In this document: in pieces, positions 19,868 through 29,485 of the stretch
Numbering within the stretch: position 1 is the first letter of the stretch
Layout: the number at the start of each line of letters is the position of its first letter
Origin: Candidatus Eiseniibacteriota bacterium
GTDB taxonomy: Bacteria > Eisenbacteria > RBG-16-71-46 > CAIMUX01 > VGJL01
DNA length: 64,000 bases
Direction of reading: 5' to 3'
Assembly: GCA_034679345.1 (NCBI GenBank)
Contig: JAXDAY010000030.1
Coordinates: 52,925 to 116,924 of the forward strand
Notes under the pieces: generated by a model
Told to the model about the DNA's origin: nothing
Database searches by the model: none
What the model saw: only the letters and a program-made list of their open reading frames with translations
Made by a program: the position numbers and the translations under genes

Positions 19868-21448
19868 ATGCAGAATCGATCTGATTTCCTCGTGCTCGGC
19901 TCCGGTATCGCAGGATTGCTTTTTGCACTCCGCGCCGCCCGCCATGGCAGCGTCACAGTCCTGACGAAGAAGGCCCCCGCCGAGTCGAACACCGCCCGGG
20001 CGCAGGGTGGAATCGCCGCCGCGATCGGGGAAGACGACTCCCTGGATCTCCACGTGGCGGATACGCTTAGCGTCGGTTGCGGTCTCTCCAAGCCCGATGT
20101 CGTCCGCGGGATCATCGCCGAGGGGCCGCCGATCATCCGCCTCCTTGAATCGTACGGCGTTCGCTTTTCCCGCGAGCCGGGAAGCGAGAAGATCGCTCTA
20201 GGGCGGGAGGGGGGCCACTCCCGTCGCAGGATCGCCCACACGGGAGACGCGACCGGGCGGAGCATCGAGGAAGCGCTCCTCGCCCGGGCCGAAGCCGATC
20301 CGAACATCCGGATCGTCCCCAACCAGTGCGCGGTCGACCTGATCCGGAGATCGAAGATCTCCGGCGGCGTCGAAGCGGTCGTCGGCGCCTATGCTCTGGA
20401 CTCGGCTACGCGCGCGATCCATCCGTATCTCGCACGCGTCGTCCTGCTCGCGACCGGCGGCTGCGGTAAGGTCTACCAGTTCACCTCGAACCCGGACATC
20501 GCAACGGGAGACGGTCTCGCCGCGGCATTCCGGGCCGGTTGCCGCCTCGCGAATCTGGAGTTCATGCAGTTCCACCCGACCTGCCTCTACCACCCGAGCG
20601 CCAAGAACTTCCTGATCAGCGAGGCGGTCCGAGGAGAGGGGGCGATCCTCACCACGATCGGCGGCGAGCGATTCATGGAGAGCCATCCGATGAAGGAGCT
20701 CGCGCCCAGGGATGCCGTCGCCCGCGCCATCGACCGCGAGATGAAGCGCCGAGGCGAGCATCATGTCCTGCTGCACCTGGAGCACCTGGACGGCGCGCGC
20801 ATCCGCGAGCGCTTCCCGGTGATCCATGAGACCTGCGGACGATTCGGCATCGACATCACGCGCGAGCCGATTCCGGTCGTCCCGGCGGCCCACTACATGT
20901 GCGGCGGAGTGATCGTCGATGCCGTGGGGAGGACCGACCTTCCGGGCCTCTACGCTGCGGGCGAGGTCGCCTGCACGGGTCTCCACGGCGCCAATCGGCT
21001 GGCGAGCAACTCCCTGCTCGAGGCGAGCGTCTTCGCGATCCGGGCCGCGGAGGCGGCTGCCGCCGATCTCGCCTCGATCCCGGATCCCCCGGCGGCGCCG
21101 GAATGGCAGGTCGGCACCGCGACGCTCCCGAAGGAGTCGGTGCTCATCGACGCCCACTGGCACCTGGTCCGCAAGCTCATGTGGGACTTCGTCGGGATCG
21201 TGCGCACCGATCACCGCCTCGAGCTCGCCTCGCGCTATCTCGGACTCCTGCGGCGTTCGGTGGAGTCCTACTACTGGGACTTCGTTCTCGACAGCGATCT
21301 GGTCGAGCTGCGCAACGTGGCGCTGATCGCCGAGATGATCGTCCGCTGCGCCCGCTCCCGTCCAGAGTCGCGCGGCCTTCACCACAACGAGGATCATCCC
21401 GGGGAGGATCCGTCGCTGGCCGTCGACACGATCCTTCCGCCGGTCTGA
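19868..21448 (+). CDS. nadB: L-aspartate oxidase
   Basis: FAD motif DFLVLGSGIAGL and the flavoprotein fumarate-reductase/succinate-dehydrogenase family fold; 526 aa. Confidence 0.9.
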   Translation: MQNRSDFLVLGSGIAGLLFALRAARHGSVTVLTKKAPAESNTARAQGGIAAAIGEDDSLDLHVADTLSVGCGLSKPDVVRGIIAEGPPIIRLLESYGVRFSREPGSEKIALGREGGHSRRRIAHTGDATGRSIEEALLARAEADPNIRIVPNQCAVDLIRRSKISGGVEAVVGAYALDSATRAIHPYLARVVLLATGGCGKVYQFTSNPDIATGDGLAAAFRAGCRLANLEFMQFHPTCLYHPSAKNFLISEAVRGEGAILTTIGGERFMESHPMKELAPRDAVARAIDREMKRRGEHHVLLHLEHLDGARIRERFPVIHETCGRFGIDITREPIPVVPAAHYMCGGVIVDAVGRTDLPGLYAAGEVACTGLHGANRLASNSLLEASVFAIRAAEAAAADLASIPDPPAAPEWQVGTATLPKESVLIDAHWHLVRKLMWDFVGIVRTDHRLELASRYLGLLRRSVESYYWDFVLDSDLVELRNVALIAEMIVRCARSRPESRGLHHNEDHPGEDPSLAVDTILPPV

Positions 21449-21464
21449 GACGGCGGGAAGTCGG

Positions 21465-21824
21465 ATGGAAGACCTCTACGGGAGCCTGGAGCGGATCGCC
21501 GAGAAGTCCGGCCGATACGATCCCCGCGCCTACCTCTTCGTCCTCCGGGGTTTGGAGCATGCCCGGCAACGCCTGCGGCGCGAAGGGCACGTCAGCGGAC
21601 AGGAGCTCACCGAATCGATCCGTCTGCTGGCGATCGCTGAGTTCGGCCCGACGGCGAAGCTGGTCCTGAACGGATGGGGGGTCGAGACGACGGATGACTT
21701 CGGGCGCCTCGTCTTCCAGATGATCGATGGCGGCCTCTTGAGCAGGACGGAGGAGGACTCGCTCGAAGACTTCCGCGACCGATTCGACTTCGAGACCGAG
21801 TTCGTCCGCAACTACCCTTGGTGA
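21465..21824 (+). CDS. Conserved hypothetical small protein (119 aa)
   Basis: Clean ORF between nadB and the GT9 gene, with its stop 1 nt before the next GTG start; acidic C-terminus. No family confidently recognised. Confidence 0.45.
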   Translation: MEDLYGSLERIAEKSGRYDPRAYLFVLRGLEHARQRLRREGHVSGQELTESIRLLAIAEFGPTAKLVLNGWGVETTDDFGRLVFQMIDGGLLSRTEEDSLEDFRDRFDFETEFVRNYPW

Positions 21825-21825
21825 C

Positions 21826-22794
21826 GTGAGCCGGATTCTCTTGGCACGGTTTCATTCCCTCGGGGACGTCGTCCTTGCCTCCGGCCTGGCCGTGCGATTC
21901 TGCGCGGAAGGAAACGAGGTCGAGGTGGCCACCGCCGAGAAGTTCGTCCCGCTCTTCGAGGGCATCCCGCTCCGCTCGATCCTGACGCCTGACAAGCTCC
22001 GCGAAGCCGCACCCTACGATCGGGTCGTCGATCTGCAGGCGAACGCGACCTCCCGGCGATTGCTCCGCGGGTTGGGTCCGATTGCGTCCTGCCGCTCCCG
22101 TTCGGCGGCGCGACGGTGGATCGTGTTCTGGGGGCGCCGGCCCCCGACCCCGCGGATCCCGCACGCCGTCCTGCGCTACGCGGAGGCGGCCGGCGTCCGC
22201 TCTTTGGAGGCGGCCGACCTGTCTCCTCGCCTCGTCGTAACGGAGGAGGATCGCGCCGCGGCCCAGGCGCATGCCTGGGCCTGGGATCGCACCGGGCGCC
22301 CCGTGGTCGCTCTTGCCCCGGGTGGCTCGCGCAAGATGAAGCGGTGGCCGGCCGAGCGCTATCGGGGCTTGTCCCGAGCTCTGGCCTCGGAGGGATGGGA
22401 GAGCCTAGTCTTCCTGGAGCCGGATGGGACGCCGGACCGCCCCGAGGAGGGGATCGTCCGGGCGTCCCTGCGGGCGATGAAGGGGCTTCTCGCGCGTTGC
22501 GCGTGTCTCGTCACGAACGACTCGGGAGTGATGCACGTGGCCGTCGGACTGGGCGTTCCGGTCGTCGCGATTTTCGGATCGACGGTTCGGGAGTTCGGTT
22601 TCGCCCCGCTGGGCGAACGGGATCGGGTGATCGAGCGCGACCTCGCCTGCCGGCCTTGCGCCCCGCACGGCGCGCGCTTCTGCTGGCTCGGAGGCGGCGA
22701 CTGCCTGCGCAGCATCGGCGCACAGGAGGTTCACGCCGTCGTCCGGGAGATCCTGAAGGAGGATGCCTCACGATGGACTGGAGCGATACGCTGA
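21826..22794 (+). CDS. Glycosyltransferase family 9 (ADP-heptose:LPS heptosyltransferase-like)
   Basis: N-terminal ILLARFHSLGDVVLASGL and C-terminal NDSGVMHVAVGLGVPVVAIFG (GT9 signatures). Confidence 0.8.
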   Translation: MSRILLARFHSLGDVVLASGLAVRFCAEGNEVEVATAEKFVPLFEGIPLRSILTPDKLREAAPYDRVVDLQANATSRRLLRGLGPIASCRSRSAARRWIVFWGRRPPTPRIPHAVLRYAEAAGVRSLEAADLSPRLVVTEEDRAAAQAHAWAWDRTGRPVVALAPGGSRKMKRWPAERYRGLSRALASEGWESLVFLEPDGTPDRPEEGIVRASLRAMKGLLARCACLVTNDSGVMHVAVGLGVPVVAIFGSTVREFGFAPLGERDRVIERDLACRPCAPHGARFCWLGGGDCLRSIGAQEVHAVVREILKEDASRWTGAIR

Positions 22795-23423
22795 GCCGGA
22801 TCGGCCTCGCGCTCCTGCTGATCTTCCCGATCGGCTGGGAGCGTGAGGTGGGGCATAAAACCGCGGGGCTTCGGACGCACCTGCTCGTCGGAGTCGGCTG
22901 CTGCCTCTTCACGCTCGTCAGCTTGGCGGTGGCTTCATCGGGGGATCCGCAGCCCGACCCGGGCCGGATCGCCGCGCAGGTGGTGACGGGAGTCGGATTC
23001 CTGGGCGGCGGGGCGATCCTGAGGGCGGGCGGAGCGATCCGGGGACTGACCACGGCCGCCTCGATCTGGAGCGTCGCCGCCGTTGGGATGGCCTGTGGCA
23101 TCGGGTATATCCCCGGGGCGGTCGCGGGAGCCGTTGCGACCTTCATCACCCTGACGATCCTCGAGCGGTGGGAGCGCCGGCGGATGCGGGGGATCGAGAC
23201 GGTCGGCTTGCGGATCCACATCCGGGGACCCGAGGCGTTGCAGCGGGTCCGAGAATCGGTCGACGGCTTCGGAGTCGCCATCGAGGAGATGCGCGTGGAG
23301 ACGCGGGGGGATCTCACCATTCTGGTTGTGCGAGGCGCGTTCTCCCAGAACGCGATCGGCCTGCTCTTCCGGGAGCTCTTCCACGACGCCAACGTGGTGG
23401 GCGTGGAGCGGGAGGCGTCGTGA
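22773..23423 (+). CDS. mgtC: MgtC/SapB family membrane protein
   Basis: N-terminal MgtC motif IFPIGWEREVGHKTAGLRTH; 4-5 TM helices; a soluble C-terminal domain of ACT-like length. Confidence 0.75.
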   Translation: MDWSDTLSRIGLALLLIFPIGWEREVGHKTAGLRTHLLVGVGCCLFTLVSLAVASSGDPQPDPGRIAAQVVTGVGFLGGGAILRAGGAIRGLTTAASIWSVAAVGMACGIGYIPGAVAGAVATFITLTILERWERRRMRGIETVGLRIHIRGPEALQRVRESVDGFGVAIEEMRVETRGDLTILVVRGAFSQNAIGLLFRELFHDANVVGVEREAS

Positions 23424-25147
23424 CCGGACCGGTCCCGGCCGAGGCGTCCGGAAGCGTGCGCCGGCTCCGTCCCGAGGTCGTCGCGAAGATCAGCGCAGGC
23501 GAGATGATCCTGCGGCCGCTGTCGGTCGCCAAGGAGCTCCTGGAGAACTCGCTCGACGCCGGCGCGGAGCGCATCGAGATCGAGATCCGCGAGGCCGCCG
23601 ATCGCTTCCTCTCCTGCGGCGACGATGGATGCGGGATGAGCGAAGGCGAGTGCCGGCTCGCTGTGGAGCGGCATGCCACGAGCAAGCTCCGCGAGGAGGA
23701 GGACCTTCTCGCGGTGCGCACCCTCGGATTCCGCGGGGAGGCGCTGCCCTCGATCGCGAGGGTCGCCCGGCTGCGGATCGTCACATCCTCCGATGGAAGG
23801 GGAGGGACGGAGCTTCTGATCCGCGGAGGCCATCTCGAGTCGGTCCGGCCGAGCCCGCGAGCGCGCGGAACGACCGTCGTGGTCGAGGATCTCTTCTTCA
23901 ACAGCCCCGTCCGCAAGCGATTCCTGCGCTCTCCCGCCGGCGAGGTCCGCCTCGTCCAGAGGCTCATCGCCGCCTACGCGCTCGCTCGCCCCGGCGTCGA
24001 CTTCCGCCTCGTCGTCGACGGACGTGAATCCCTCCACTACCCGCCCGGGGATGCGCGCGCGCGCCTCGAGCAGGTCCAGGGGGCGCGTTTCGGCGAGAAG
24101 GTCCTGCCGCTCGAAGGAGACCATCCGCGGATTCGCGTGAGCGGATGGATCGGCATCCCCGAGATCGCCCGCGCAACCGCTTCGCATCAGACCTTTCTCG
24201 TCAACGGCAGGTGGGTGGCGCATCCCGCGCTTTCCCACGCGCTGCGCCAGGGCTATGGCGATCTGATCGCCCCGGGGAGGCAACCCTTCGCGGTCATCCT
24301 CCTCGACCTCGCCGAGGGCGGAGCCGACGTGAACGTCCATCCCACAAAGCGCGAGATCCGGTTTCTTGACGAATCGGCGGTCTTCGCCGAGCTCGTGCGT
24401 GTGGTCCGCATCGCCGTCGCTCGCCTCGTGCCCGGCCTCGCCGCGGATGCGCGGAGATGGAGCGCCTCCGGCATGGTCCGTGACGAGGGTGGACCGGCTC
24501 GTCCCGACCTGACACCCGGTCTCGGGTTGCGGACGGAGCCGCACCCGGAGCGTGTGACCGCCTCGGATGCGGAGCCCGCGCCGATGGTGGAGCTCTGGCA
24601 GCTCCAGCAGCGCTACATCGTCGCTCAGACCGCGCAGGGGATTCTGGTCGTCGACCAGCACGCCGCCCACGAGCGAGTCCTCTACGAGCGAGCCGCGCGC
24701 GCCCTCGAGGGCGAGCAGGCGATCGGCCAGCAGCTGCTCTTCCCGGTCGTCGTTGAGTTGCAGCCGGGCGAGGCGGACCTCCTCGAGTCGCTCAGCGAGG
24801 ACCTGGGGCGTTTGGGCGTCCAGGTCGATCCCTTCGGCGGCGACAGCGTGATCCTGCGCTCGGTGCCCGCGACGTGGGAGGGGGATCCCGGCGCGATGCT
24901 GCGCGATCTGCTCGACGACATCAAGGAGCGGACGAGACGCAGCGAGGAACGACGCGGGGCGCTGGCAGCCTCCTTCGCCTGCCGCAGCGCGATCAAGAGC
25001 GGGCGCAAGCTCGATCTCATCGAGATGAACCGCTTGATCGACGAGCTCTTCGCCACGGGCATGCCTCACGGAGATCCCCACGGCCGTCCGACCTACGTCG
25101 TCCTCAGCGTGGATGATCTGGACCAGCGTTTCGGTCGCTCGGGTTAG
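23420..25147 (+). CDS. mutL: DNA mismatch repair protein MutL
   Basis: GHKL ATPase motifs (ELLENSLDAGA, DDGCGM); a C-terminal dimerisation domain; a GTG start overlapping the mgtC stop. Confidence 0.9.
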   Translation: MTGPVPAEASGSVRRLRPEVVAKISAGEMILRPLSVAKELLENSLDAGAERIEIEIREAADRFLSCGDDGCGMSEGECRLAVERHATSKLREEEDLLAVRTLGFRGEALPSIARVARLRIVTSSDGRGGTELLIRGGHLESVRPSPRARGTTVVVEDLFFNSPVRKRFLRSPAGEVRLVQRLIAAYALARPGVDFRLVVDGRESLHYPPGDARARLEQVQGARFGEKVLPLEGDHPRIRVSGWIGIPEIARATASHQTFLVNGRWVAHPALSHALRQGYGDLIAPGRQPFAVILLDLAEGGADVNVHPTKREIRFLDESAVFAELVRVVRIAVARLVPGLAADARRWSASGMVRDEGGPARPDLTPGLGLRTEPHPERVTASDAEPAPMVELWQLQQRYIVAQTAQGILVVDQHAAHERVLYERAARALEGEQAIGQQLLFPVVVELQPGEADLLESLSEDLGRLGVQVDPFGGDSVILRSVPATWEGDPGAMLRDLLDDIKERTRRSEERRGALAASFACRSAIKSGRKLDLIEMNRLIDELFATGMPHGDPHGRPTYVVLSVDDLDQRFGRSG

Positions 25148-25153
25148 CAGGAG

Positions 25154-26134
25154 ATGACGCCGCGGGAGCCGATCCTCGCCTTCATCGTCGGGCCGACCGG
25201 CGTGGGGAAGACGGCGGTGGCGGTCGCGGCGGCCGAGGCGCTCGACGCGGAGATCGTCAACGTCGACAGCCGCCAGATCTACCGCAGGCTCGACATCGGA
25301 ACCGCCAAACCGTCGCGGGCCGAGCAGCGTCGCGTCCGCCACCACCTGCTCGACCGGATCGAGCCCGAGGAGGTCTGCACCGCCGCACGCTTCGCCACGA
25401 TGTTCCGGGAGGCGGTCGACGATCTCGTGGCGCGAGGCGCGCGCGCTCTAGCCGTCGGCGGGGCGGGACTCTATGTCGATGCGTGCAGGAAGGGTCTTCA
25501 TCCGCTTCCCCCGGCCGATCCGGCCATCCGATTGCGCCTCGAGGATGAAACCGATTCGCTGGGTGTCGAAGCCATGCACGAACGGCTGGCCGGACTGGAT
25601 CCTGAGACCGCCGCCCGCGTGGGTCCCCGCGATCGTCAGCGCATCGTGCGCGCGCTCGAGGTGGCCACGATCACGGGCCGGCCGATGAGCGCGCAGCTCA
25701 AGGGGCCGGCCGAGCCCGCGTGCGACCCGGCGACCCCGCTCGTTTATCTTGCCAGAGAGAGGCGCGACCTCTATGCGCGCATCGAGGAGCGCTGCCGCGC
25801 GATGGTCGAGGCGGGCCTCGTCGAGGAGGTGCGCCTGCTGCTGGAAAACGGGCTCTCCACGCGCGCTCCGGGATTGAAGAGCGTGGGCTACGCCGAGTGG
25901 GTGGCATTCCACGAGGGGCGCATCGGCCGCGGCGAGGCGCAGGAGCGATTCGAGCGGAACTCGCGCCGCTACGCCAAACGTCAGGAGACATGGTTCCGCA
26001 ATCGCCACCCCGATCGAATCGAGATCCCCATCGCGCCGGCGGACGAGCCTGGGGCGATCGCGCGCCGCCTGCTCGAGGTGCTCAACCGATCGGAGGGGGA
26101 GTTGCCCCTTGACACCCCGCCGAGGGCCTCTTAG
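25154..26134 (+). CDS. miaA: tRNA dimethylallyltransferase MiaA
   Basis: P-loop GPTGVGKT; DSRQIYRRLDIGTAKP motif; sits after mutL as in many bacteria. Confidence 0.9.
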   Translation: MTPREPILAFIVGPTGVGKTAVAVAAAEALDAEIVNVDSRQIYRRLDIGTAKPSRAEQRRVRHHLLDRIEPEEVCTAARFATMFREAVDDLVARGARALAVGGAGLYVDACRKGLHPLPPADPAIRLRLEDETDSLGVEAMHERLAGLDPETAARVGPRDRQRIVRALEVATITGRPMSAQLKGPAEPACDPATPLVYLARERRDLYARIEERCRAMVEAGLVEEVRLLLENGLSTRAPGLKSVGYAEWVAFHEGRIGRGEAQERFERNSRRYAKRQETWFRNRHPDRIEIPIAPADEPGAIARRLLEVLNRSEGELPLDTPPRAS

Positions 26135-26156
26135 GCTGAAGAACGCAGTCCAACAT

Positions 26157-26228
26157 GCGGGCATAACTCAGCGGTAGAGTGCTAGCTTCCCAAGCTGGAA
26201 GTCGCGGGTTCAAATCCCGTTGCCCGCT
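26157..26228 (+). tRNA. tRNA-Gly (anticodon CCC)
   Basis: Manual cloverleaf. Acceptor GCGGGCA/TGCCCGC, D arm ACTC..GAGT, anticodon stem CTAGC/GCTGG with loop TTCCCAA, T loop TTCAAAT. Coordinates are good to about 1-2 nt. Confidence 0.8.
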
Positions 26229-26292
26229 CAGGCAGACTCGCCGAAGGGTCCACTCGCATGGACCCTTCGGCGCTTTTCCAGGTGGTAACGAT

Positions 26293-27558
26293 ATGAAGAT
26301 CGAGCGAGTCCAGTCGGGATCGAGGGCCGAGGCCCTCGGCATTCGCGCGGGCGAGAACCTGGTATCGATCAACGGCCGCAAGGTGCGAGACATCCTCGAC
26401 TACCACTTTCAGGTCGCCGACGGCGACATCGAGGTGGTCGTCGAAGCCAGCGGCGCTCCGGCCCGCGCGATGCGCGCCATCCTCGATCCGGGACAGGATC
26501 TGGGCCTCGAGTTCGCCGACATGAAGACGCGCCTATGCGGAAACGAGTGCGTCTTTTGCTTCATCGACCAGATGCCGAAGGGGATGCGGCCGACCCTCTA
26601 CGTCAAGGACGAGGATTACCGCCTCTCCTTCCTGCACGGCAACTTCGTCACGCTCACAAACATGAAGCCATGGGAGCTCGACCGGATCGTCGAGCAGCGC
26701 CTGACGCCCCTCTATGTGTCGGTCCACTCCACCAACCCGGAGACGAGGCGCAGACTCCTGCGACCCAAGGCCGACCGCGACATCCTGCAGCTGATCGACT
26801 TCCTGACGCAGAACGGCATCACGTTGCATACGCAGATCGTTCTCTGTCCCGGGTACAACGACGGCGAGGATCTGGAGGGGACGATCCGGGATCTATCGGC
26901 GTTCTGGCCGGGGGTGGCGAGCCTGGCGATCGTGCCGCTCGGCATGACCGATCATCGCGATGGCCTGGTGGATCTCGCCCCGACGACGGTGGAATCGGCG
27001 CGCGCGGTTCGCGAGGCGGTCCTGTCGCACCAGCAACGCTTCCGGAAGCTCTTCGGCTCGACCTTCGTCTATCTTGCCGACGAGTTCTACCGTCTGCTGG
27101 GCGTCGATCCGCCGGGCGCCGCGCACTACGATGGCTTCCCGCAGCTCGAGAACGGGATCGGGATGACCCGCCACTTCCTCGACCGCCTCCGTCGCAGCCG
27201 TCGGCTCTTCGGGCGCGCGACGCGCCGTGGGGAGCGCCGGTTCACCCTGGTGACCGGCGAGCTGTTCGAGCCGATCCTGAGGCGCGCGGTCATGCGCCAG
27301 CTCGAGCGGACCGGGGAGGATGCGGAAGTGCAGATCGTCGGCTGCGAGAACCGCTTCTTCGGCAGGAGCGTCACCGTGGCCGGGCTTCTCACATACGGCG
27401 ACATCGAGCGGACGCTGCGAGGCCGGGACCTGGGCGAGCGCGTCTTCCTGCCGCCCGCGACTCTCAATGACGAGGGGGTCTTCCTCGACGATCGCAGCTT
27501 GAGCGATCTAGAGGCGAGACTCGCGGTGCCGGTGGAGGCCGGTTTCTTCCGAACATGA
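26293..27558 (+). CDS. DUF512-type protein (PDZ domain plus a radical-SAM-like Fe-S domain)
   Basis: N-terminal PDZ-like region (IERVQSGSRAEALGIRAGENLVSING); Cys cluster CGNECVFCFIDQ; about 421 aa. Confidence 0.65.
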   Translation: MKIERVQSGSRAEALGIRAGENLVSINGRKVRDILDYHFQVADGDIEVVVEASGAPARAMRAILDPGQDLGLEFADMKTRLCGNECVFCFIDQMPKGMRPTLYVKDEDYRLSFLHGNFVTLTNMKPWELDRIVEQRLTPLYVSVHSTNPETRRRLLRPKADRDILQLIDFLTQNGITLHTQIVLCPGYNDGEDLEGTIRDLSAFWPGVASLAIVPLGMTDHRDGLVDLAPTTVESARAVREAVLSHQQRFRKLFGSTFVYLADEFYRLLGVDPPGAAHYDGFPQLENGIGMTRHFLDRLRRSRRLFGRATRRGERRFTLVTGELFEPILRRAVMRQLERTGEDAEVQIVGCENRFFGRSVTVAGLLTYGDIERTLRGRDLGERVFLPPATLNDEGVFLDDRSLSDLEARLAVPVEAGFFRT

Positions 27559-28874
27559 GCCTTCCCCTGGTCGCGATCGTCGGACGGCCGAATGTCGGAA
27601 AGTCCACCCTCTTCAATCGATTCCTGGGGCGCGCCCAGGCTGTGGTCGACGATGCCCCCGGCATCACGCGGGACCGCCATATCGCGCGCGCCGAATGGAA
27701 CGGCCGCCCTTTCTATCTCGTCGATACGGGGGGATGGGTTCCGGAGGGCGCCGACGCGATGGAGCGACGCATCATCGAGCAGGTCCTGAAGGCGGTCGAG
27801 GAGTGCGAGCTCGTCCTGTTCGTGGTCGACGCGAGAAGCGGTCTACAGCCGCACGATGCGACGATCGGCCGGGCCCTCCTCGAGCGAGGCGTGAATCCCG
27901 TTCTGGTCGCGAACAAGGTGGACTCCGCGACCATCGAGGCCGACGTGGGGGAGTTCGCGGCCCTCGGCATGGGGGAGACGACCTGGGGCGTCTCTGCGAT
28001 GGAGGGCCGGGGGATCGGGGATCTGCTCGACGAGGTGGTCGCGCGAATCCCGGCCCGCGCGACCGGCGCGGACGAATCCCCGGCGATCCGCATCGCGGTT
28101 CTGGGGCGACCCAATGTCGGGAAGTCGTCGATCGTGAACCGGCTCCTCGGCGAGGAGCGCGTCATCGTCGACGACCGGCCCGGAACGACGCGCGATGCGA
28201 TCGACGCGCCTTTCCGATTCCACGGCCGCGAGATGATCCTCGTGGACACGGCCGGGATCCGCAGAAAGCTCGCCTCGCAGCCCGATTTCGAGTTCTACGC
28301 CACTCTGCGCGCGACCCGCGCGCTCGAGTCGAGCGACGTGGCGCTCCTGGTGCTCGACGCGACCGAGCCGATCAGCCGCCAGGATCTCCGGATCGCCCGA
28401 TTGATCGACGACGCCGGCAAGGCGTGCGTCTGGGTCTTCAACAAGTGGGACATCGTCAAGAAGGACGACAAGACCTCCGGGCAAATGCTGCTCGCCGCCC
28501 GGGAGCAGATCTCGTTTCAATCGTACGCTCCCGCGGAGTTCGTCTCGGCGCTCACCGTGCAGCGGATCAGCCGGCTCCCGGAGCGGATCGTCGAGGTCTA
28601 CGAGGCCGCGCGCGTGAAGGTCCCCACAGCGGAGTTGAACGACCGGATCCGCCGCGCCGTGGAGCAGAATCCGCCCAAGCCCGTCGGAGGCGGACGGCCC
28701 CTGCGCGTCTACTACGCGACGCAGGTGCGCGTCGCCCCGCCCACGTTCGCCCTGTTCGTGAGCCAGCCCCAGAGGCTTGCGCGCGAGTACGAGCGCTACC
28801 TCGCGCGCGAGATCCGCGAGGCCTTCGGCTTCATCGGCAATCCGATCCGGCTGCAGGTGCGAAGGAGCCGATGA
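27555..28874 (+). CDS. der: Ribosome-biogenesis GTPase Der (EngA), tandem GTPase domains
   Basis: Two G domains (GRPNVGKSTLFN and GRPNVGKSSIVN) and a C-terminal KH-like domain. Confidence 0.9.
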   Translation: MSLPLVAIVGRPNVGKSTLFNRFLGRAQAVVDDAPGITRDRHIARAEWNGRPFYLVDTGGWVPEGADAMERRIIEQVLKAVEECELVLFVVDARSGLQPHDATIGRALLERGVNPVLVANKVDSATIEADVGEFAALGMGETTWGVSAMEGRGIGDLLDEVVARIPARATGADESPAIRIAVLGRPNVGKSSIVNRLLGEERVIVDDRPGTTRDAIDAPFRFHGREMILVDTAGIRRKLASQPDFEFYATLRATRALESSDVALLVLDATEPISRQDLRIARLIDDAGKACVWVFNKWDIVKKDDKTSGQMLLAAREQISFQSYAPAEFVSALTVQRISRLPERIVEVYEAARVKVPTAELNDRIRRAVEQNPPKPVGGGRPLRVYYATQVRVAPPTFALFVSQPQRLAREYERYLAREIREAFGFIGNPIRLQVRRSR

Positions 28875-29485
28875 CCTCCGCCCTGGCGTGGATCGCCGCG
28901 TGCCTCGCCGGCTTCGCCGTGGGGTCGATTCCCGTCGGACTCTGGTGGGGGAAGCTGTGGAAGGGGATCGACGTCCGCGAGCACGGCAGCCGAAACCTCG
29001 GAGCGACGAATGTGTTCCGGACGTTTGGCCCCGCGCACGGGATCGCCGTGCTCCTCCTCGACGTCGCCAAGGGGGTTCTCGCGGTGTCGCTCGGCCGCGC
29101 ATGGGCCGGAGGGGATATCGGGGGCCTGGTGGCCGGACTCAGCGCAGTCGTCGGCCACGCATGGACTCCATGGGCACGATTTCGCGGCGGCAAGGGCGTT
29201 GCGACCGGACTTGGAATCTGGCTCGCGCTCGCCACGGCTGCCTCCGGCATCGCGCTGGCCTGCTTCGTCGCGACTCTGGCGATCACGCGACGAGTCTCGG
29301 CCGGCAGCCTGCTGGCCGCCGCCGCGCTTCCCGCGGCGGTCGCGCTGACCGGGCCGGCTCACGAGCGGTCCGCTCGGATCGCGGCGGCGATTCTCACCGC
29401 GCTTCTGGTGTGGGTCCGCCATGGGGCGAACATCCGGCGGCTGATCGCGGGTACCGAGCCGCCGCTGTGGGGCGGGTCGCGGTGA
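28871..29485 (+). CDS. plsY: Glycerol-3-phosphate acyltransferase PlsY
   Basis: GSIPVGLWWGK...GSRNLGATNVFR signature; five TM helices; ATGA overlap with der. Confidence 0.9.
   Translation: MTSALAWIAACLAGFAVGSIPVGLWWGKLWKGIDVREHGSRNLGATNVFRTFGPAHGIAVLLLDVAKGVLAVSLGRAWAGGDIGGLVAGLSAVVGHAWTPWARFRGGKGVATGLGIWLALATAASGIALACFVATLAITRRVSAGSLLAAAALPAAVALTGPAHERSARIAAAILTALLVWVRHGANIRRLIAGTEPPLWGGSR

Noticed and set aside
16292-19964. Long + strand ORFs 16292..18118, 17422..19185 and 18144..19964 that extend far upstream of waaA and lpxK or run through them
   Set aside because: Only the 3' portions (from the internal ATG at 16838 and at 18115) match WaaA and LpxK; the upstream extensions overlap the preceding genes in another frame. 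ORF 18144..19964 is an alternative frame with junk composition.
22511-25345. 944-aa minus-strand ORF antisense to mutL and miaA (the longest alternative ORF in the window)
   Set aside because: Length alone is not evidence in high-GC DNA because stop codons are rare. The sequence is Arg/Pro/Ala-rich with no recognisable domain, while mutL and miaA on the + strand are unambiguous.
26082-26393. Minus-strand 103-aa ORF overlapping tRNA-Gly, and the similar 33866..34114 minus-strand ORF overlapping tRNA-Pro
   Set aside because: They are antisense to well-formed tRNA cloverleaves and are spurious.
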